Assembly (NCBI RefSeq): GCF_964355755.1
Contig: NC_092672.1
Span: 25,364,437 to 25,428,436, forward strand
Reading direction: 5' to 3'
DNA from: Antedon mediterranea
Lineage: Eukaryota > Animalia > Echinodermata
Length of the DNA: 64,000 nucleotides
Every line of letters begins with the position of its first letter. The stretch's first letter is position 1. Both the position numbers and the translations under genes were made by a program. Below the pieces are notes generated by a model, which was not told the origin of the DNA, did not search any database, and saw nothing but the letters and a program-made list of their open reading frames with translations. Below, one piece after another: positions 59,691 through 64,000 of the stretch.

Positions 59691-62600
59691 CAGTGGGAAA
59701 GCCACTTCGCGTTTTGACCGTTAAATCGTGTAAAATCGACTTACTTCCACATTGACGATTTTGAAGCGCCACCTATCGTTGAAAACTGAAACCACGATTT
59801 TTCGTCGCCTAGCAAATAAGTGCTGTTTTATTTTAAGCTCTCAAGAATATTTAAGAACCGCCCAACATTACCTATTATGGTAAAAGCATTTCCTAATAAG
59901 TATAATTGAATAACCAATCGGTTTTCTTCAAAGAAACCGAAGCTAATACAATACATTCGGCGACTGAAGTCGGGACTCGTGAAATTTATAAATGTGGTAC
60001 GATTTGACTACTGTTTTGTTGTCCATTTTCTGAATAGTCGGAGGTGCATCCCAACAAATTAAAAAAATTGTAATCAATTGTTTTATCAAGAATAATATTA
60101 GTTTAATCGAGTATGATATATTTCTATCCTGTTCAAAATGTGTTGGTGTATTCTCAGGCCTCGAAAGGTAGGTACATTTTCTAGCTGTGAGCGTAGTTTC
60201 GGCAACGCGAGACACGTGTGTCAGTATAGGCGATAGCGAGACGTGTGTTGGTACTGTGTTGATGCTGATCCGATAGTCGTTAAGTTGTACTGATTACGAG
60301 TATCATTGCTCCTGGCCGGCCTAGCCTGGTGATCTGATCCCCCCCAAAAAATACTTTTTTTCAATCAGTATTAATATTATTTTATTTTTCATTTATTATT
60401 TGATTTATTAGGCTCAATAGATGCCTAGCTAGGCTACTAGTAGGCCTAGATTATATAAATAATACTGTAATAGTAAATACTGTAATTTAATTAATAAAAT
60501 ACAGCTTCCATTTGCCTTACTTTTATGGGGTGTCACGAAAGCTCAGACCACGAAAGCTCAGACCCCCTAAGACCTAAGATCACGAAAGCTAAGACCCAAC
60601 ACCTAAGATTACAAATATTTATCTTTCGCACCTGCCTTGTATTTTAACTCCCAACATTTATTCTGAATACCACACCTTAGAATTGGCACTTTCATGAAAA
60701 AGAATCACATATAAAGTAACAAATACATTTTTAAATTGATGATTTTACAGACGTTTTTCTCGCACACAAAATGACTAGCCTACAGTACAGTAGGCCTACC
60801 CCATGGGCCATGTTCAATGTTTTTGTTTCTATGGAACGTCAAAAGAGCAAAAATTATATAGAGGGCTGAAAACTCTGTGGAGTCCATCTACAGTGTGGAT
60901 GGAACAATGTAAAATTAAAATTGTAATGATAATAGTATAATCATGCAAGTACGAAGAAATAAATACTGGCAAATAAATTTTAATTTAAAAATCATGATAA
61001 GTTTTTTTGTTTCGTTTTCTTTCTGTTTTTATACTTGTACTATTATTGTTGCTCTTTTGGCGCTCCATAGAAACAAAAACATTGAGTCGACGAGTTTCAT
61101 TACAGTATACAAAGAAACACATCTGTAAAATCATCAATTTAAAGGATTTATTTATTTGTTATTATGTGTTTCTACTTCTGAAAGTACTTATAAGTCCTAA
61201 TTTTAAAGTGTGGTGTTCAGGATAAAGTTAGTCAACAAATTTGGAGTCAAAATACAAGAAAGGCAGGTGCGTAAGAAAAACATCCCCTGAAGCAACACAA
61301 TGGAGTAAATATATACCAACAAACAACCCGTCAAGTTTGTTTGTTGTAAAGAAAAAATATACATTTACTCAACGGGCGAAAATAATGTGAGTTTATTTAT
61401 GTTTTGCGGTAGTATTAAATTATATTTATGGTAATAAATGAAACCTACTGTGTTTAAAATTATGTATGGATAAACAAGTATTGTTTTTAAGCTGTAGTAT
61501 ATCTTAGTATTTGTAATCTTAGGTGTTGGGTCTTAGCTTTCGTGATCTTAGGTCTTAGGGGGTCTGAGCTTTCGTGGTCTGAGCTTTCGTGACACCCTAC
61601 TTTTATGTCATCATATAACATTATAATTATATATACAACCAGACATTAACATTTTTTAAAAATAATATTTATTATTTTTTCTGACACTTTCAGGAATCGT
61701 TGATGATGCAGAGTTCTTTGTCTTTGTGACTTCAAACTGAGAGTGAAGTGGATAAAAAGATGACACCGGTACCTACCGACATTGTCATACCCAAACTATA
61801 ATTTAATTATTTAAAACAAAATGTTGAATTACAAATATATATGTATGTTGCAGAGGATTTAGATGAATTACAATACAAATATTTATGTTGAATGCAAACC
61901 TACTACACTATACTCTGTAAATGATGTTATTGTCATGTGGTAGACCTTAAAAATTGAATATTTATTGTATGTTAGGCCTATTTTATATTTTATTAATACT
62001 GTATTAGTTTAATATTACTATTAATTTATATTATACAGTACTAGGCCCCTAGGCCTAGCCTAGTTTGTACATGTTTTTACCCCAAAAAATGAATAAATAA
62101 TTTGTTATTCAATCTAATTGCTTGTTTGTTCATCAATAACAAAACAATTGTAAGCAAGTATATAACAGTTCTTGTTAGCCGCTTATTTCAGGTCATATTA
62201 TTAATATTAGCTAGGCCCGACGCGCCCGATCACAACGTCACTAAGTGACTTTCCGCCCCTGGAACAATCGCTCGCTAATAGGGCTAGGCCTCGGACTCGT
62301 ATAAAAGCTATTATAATAGTTATGATAAATATTCCTCAACTAAAATGTTTACTGTGATAAATAAACAAGTAATAATATACGTTGTATTGGAATGTATTTA
62401 TTTATATGAATTCTTATACGCGGACAATTATAAACATCGCGTATATCGTTCGCTATAAATAAATTCATAAACACGATGACGATGTGTTTACAAAATGGCG
62501 GTTTCGCTAGTTTTCGATGGAACAAATAGTGGTACCTTTAGTTTGAATAGTCGGAGCTGCATCCCAACCACCGAATTTTGTATCTTAATATCGTATTCTG

Positions 62601-62952
62601 TAGATTATTAATTTTTCTAACAGGGATTTTAAATTCAGGACTGTTCAATTTTTCTAAATATTTTATTTTAATGATTTTCTAGGGTACAATTTCGGAAAAA
62701 AGACATTGGTTGATTTTGCCGTTAAATTACAGATTATCGTTTTGTTCAAATACATTTAATTTTACATGACAATATATTAAAACCATTTATGAATTTATTT
62801 CACTAACAACATTTTTCCGATAATCAACTAAATTTACAAATATTGTGTTTTTCCAACACCCTAAAATTTAGCCATTTTGAACTAAATTAGAAAAGTAGGG
62901 CGCCCTCTCCGAGTCGAAATTTGACACGATTTGTCGACTGGCTGTCCCACTG
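59691..62952. mobile_element. 3.3-kb non-autonomous TIR element with 4-bp TSD
   Basis: CAGTGGGAAAGCCA...AAATCGTGT pairs with ACACGATTT...TGGCTGTCCCACTG. TSD CCAC (59687-59690, 62953-62956). Internal direct repeat TGAATAGTCGGAG.TGCATCCCAAC (~60031, ~62544). Superfamily uncertain. Confidence 0.65.
60528..61597. mobile_element. Mutator/foldback-type MITE with 10-bp TSD
   Basis: ~90-bp perfect TIRs GGGTGTCACGAAAGCTCAGACC... built from CACGAAAGCTCAGAC subrepeats, extending imperfectly inward. TSD TACTTTTATG (60518-60527, 61598-61607). Confidence 0.88.
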
Positions 62953-63068
62953 CCACAGCATTGTCATTTTTTCAGTAATTTTCCTTTGGATTTATATATA
63001 TATATATATACAAAAATAAAAAGCGAAATGCTAAATCAAAACGATAAAGTAAACAGCCAGAAAAGTTA

Positions 63069-63105
63069 GCAGAGCTTTCGGGCAACACTAGCCCTTCATC
63101 AGTGC
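63069..63105 (-). ncRNA. Minimal hammerhead ribozyme motif, inverted copy of 59563-59599
   Basis: Minus strand GCA-CTGATGA-AGGGCTAGTGTTGCCC-GAAA-GCTC-TGC; 63010-63107 is the reverse complement of 59561-59660. Confidence 0.7.
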
Positions 63106-63153
63106 AAATGTAAAATTCTCCTACATATATATATATATATTTTCTCATGAATT

Positions 63154-64000
<847 letters not shown>

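Overview
AT-rich eukaryotic DNA, almost certainly a marine invertebrate; the FReD exons, Gmr1-like and Academ elements, Penelope-like elements and frequent TAGGCCTA suggest a deuterostome or echinoderm (inference). Most of the window is nested transposable elements. Host-gene traces are limited to two decayed fibrinogen-related-domain (FReD) paralogs and a probable signal-peptide first exon. Elements present: a near-intact Gmr1-like Gypsy (gag/SCAN-PR-INT-RT-RH, 435-bp LTRs, AAATT TSD) inside a long-TIR Academ-like element, several other Academ-type elements, four LINE remnants, two (TA)n-associated Penelope-like elements, hammerhead ribozyme motifs, tRNA-like repeats and several MITEs. The most striking structure is an 18.5-kb stack (32042-50599) of 12 non-autonomous Helentron/HINE-type elements from three related families. 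Their 5' heads and 3' bodies are arranged like balanced parentheses, implying repeated insertion into a T-rich site just behind the head of earlier copies. All alignments were done by eye, so boundaries may be off by a few bases.
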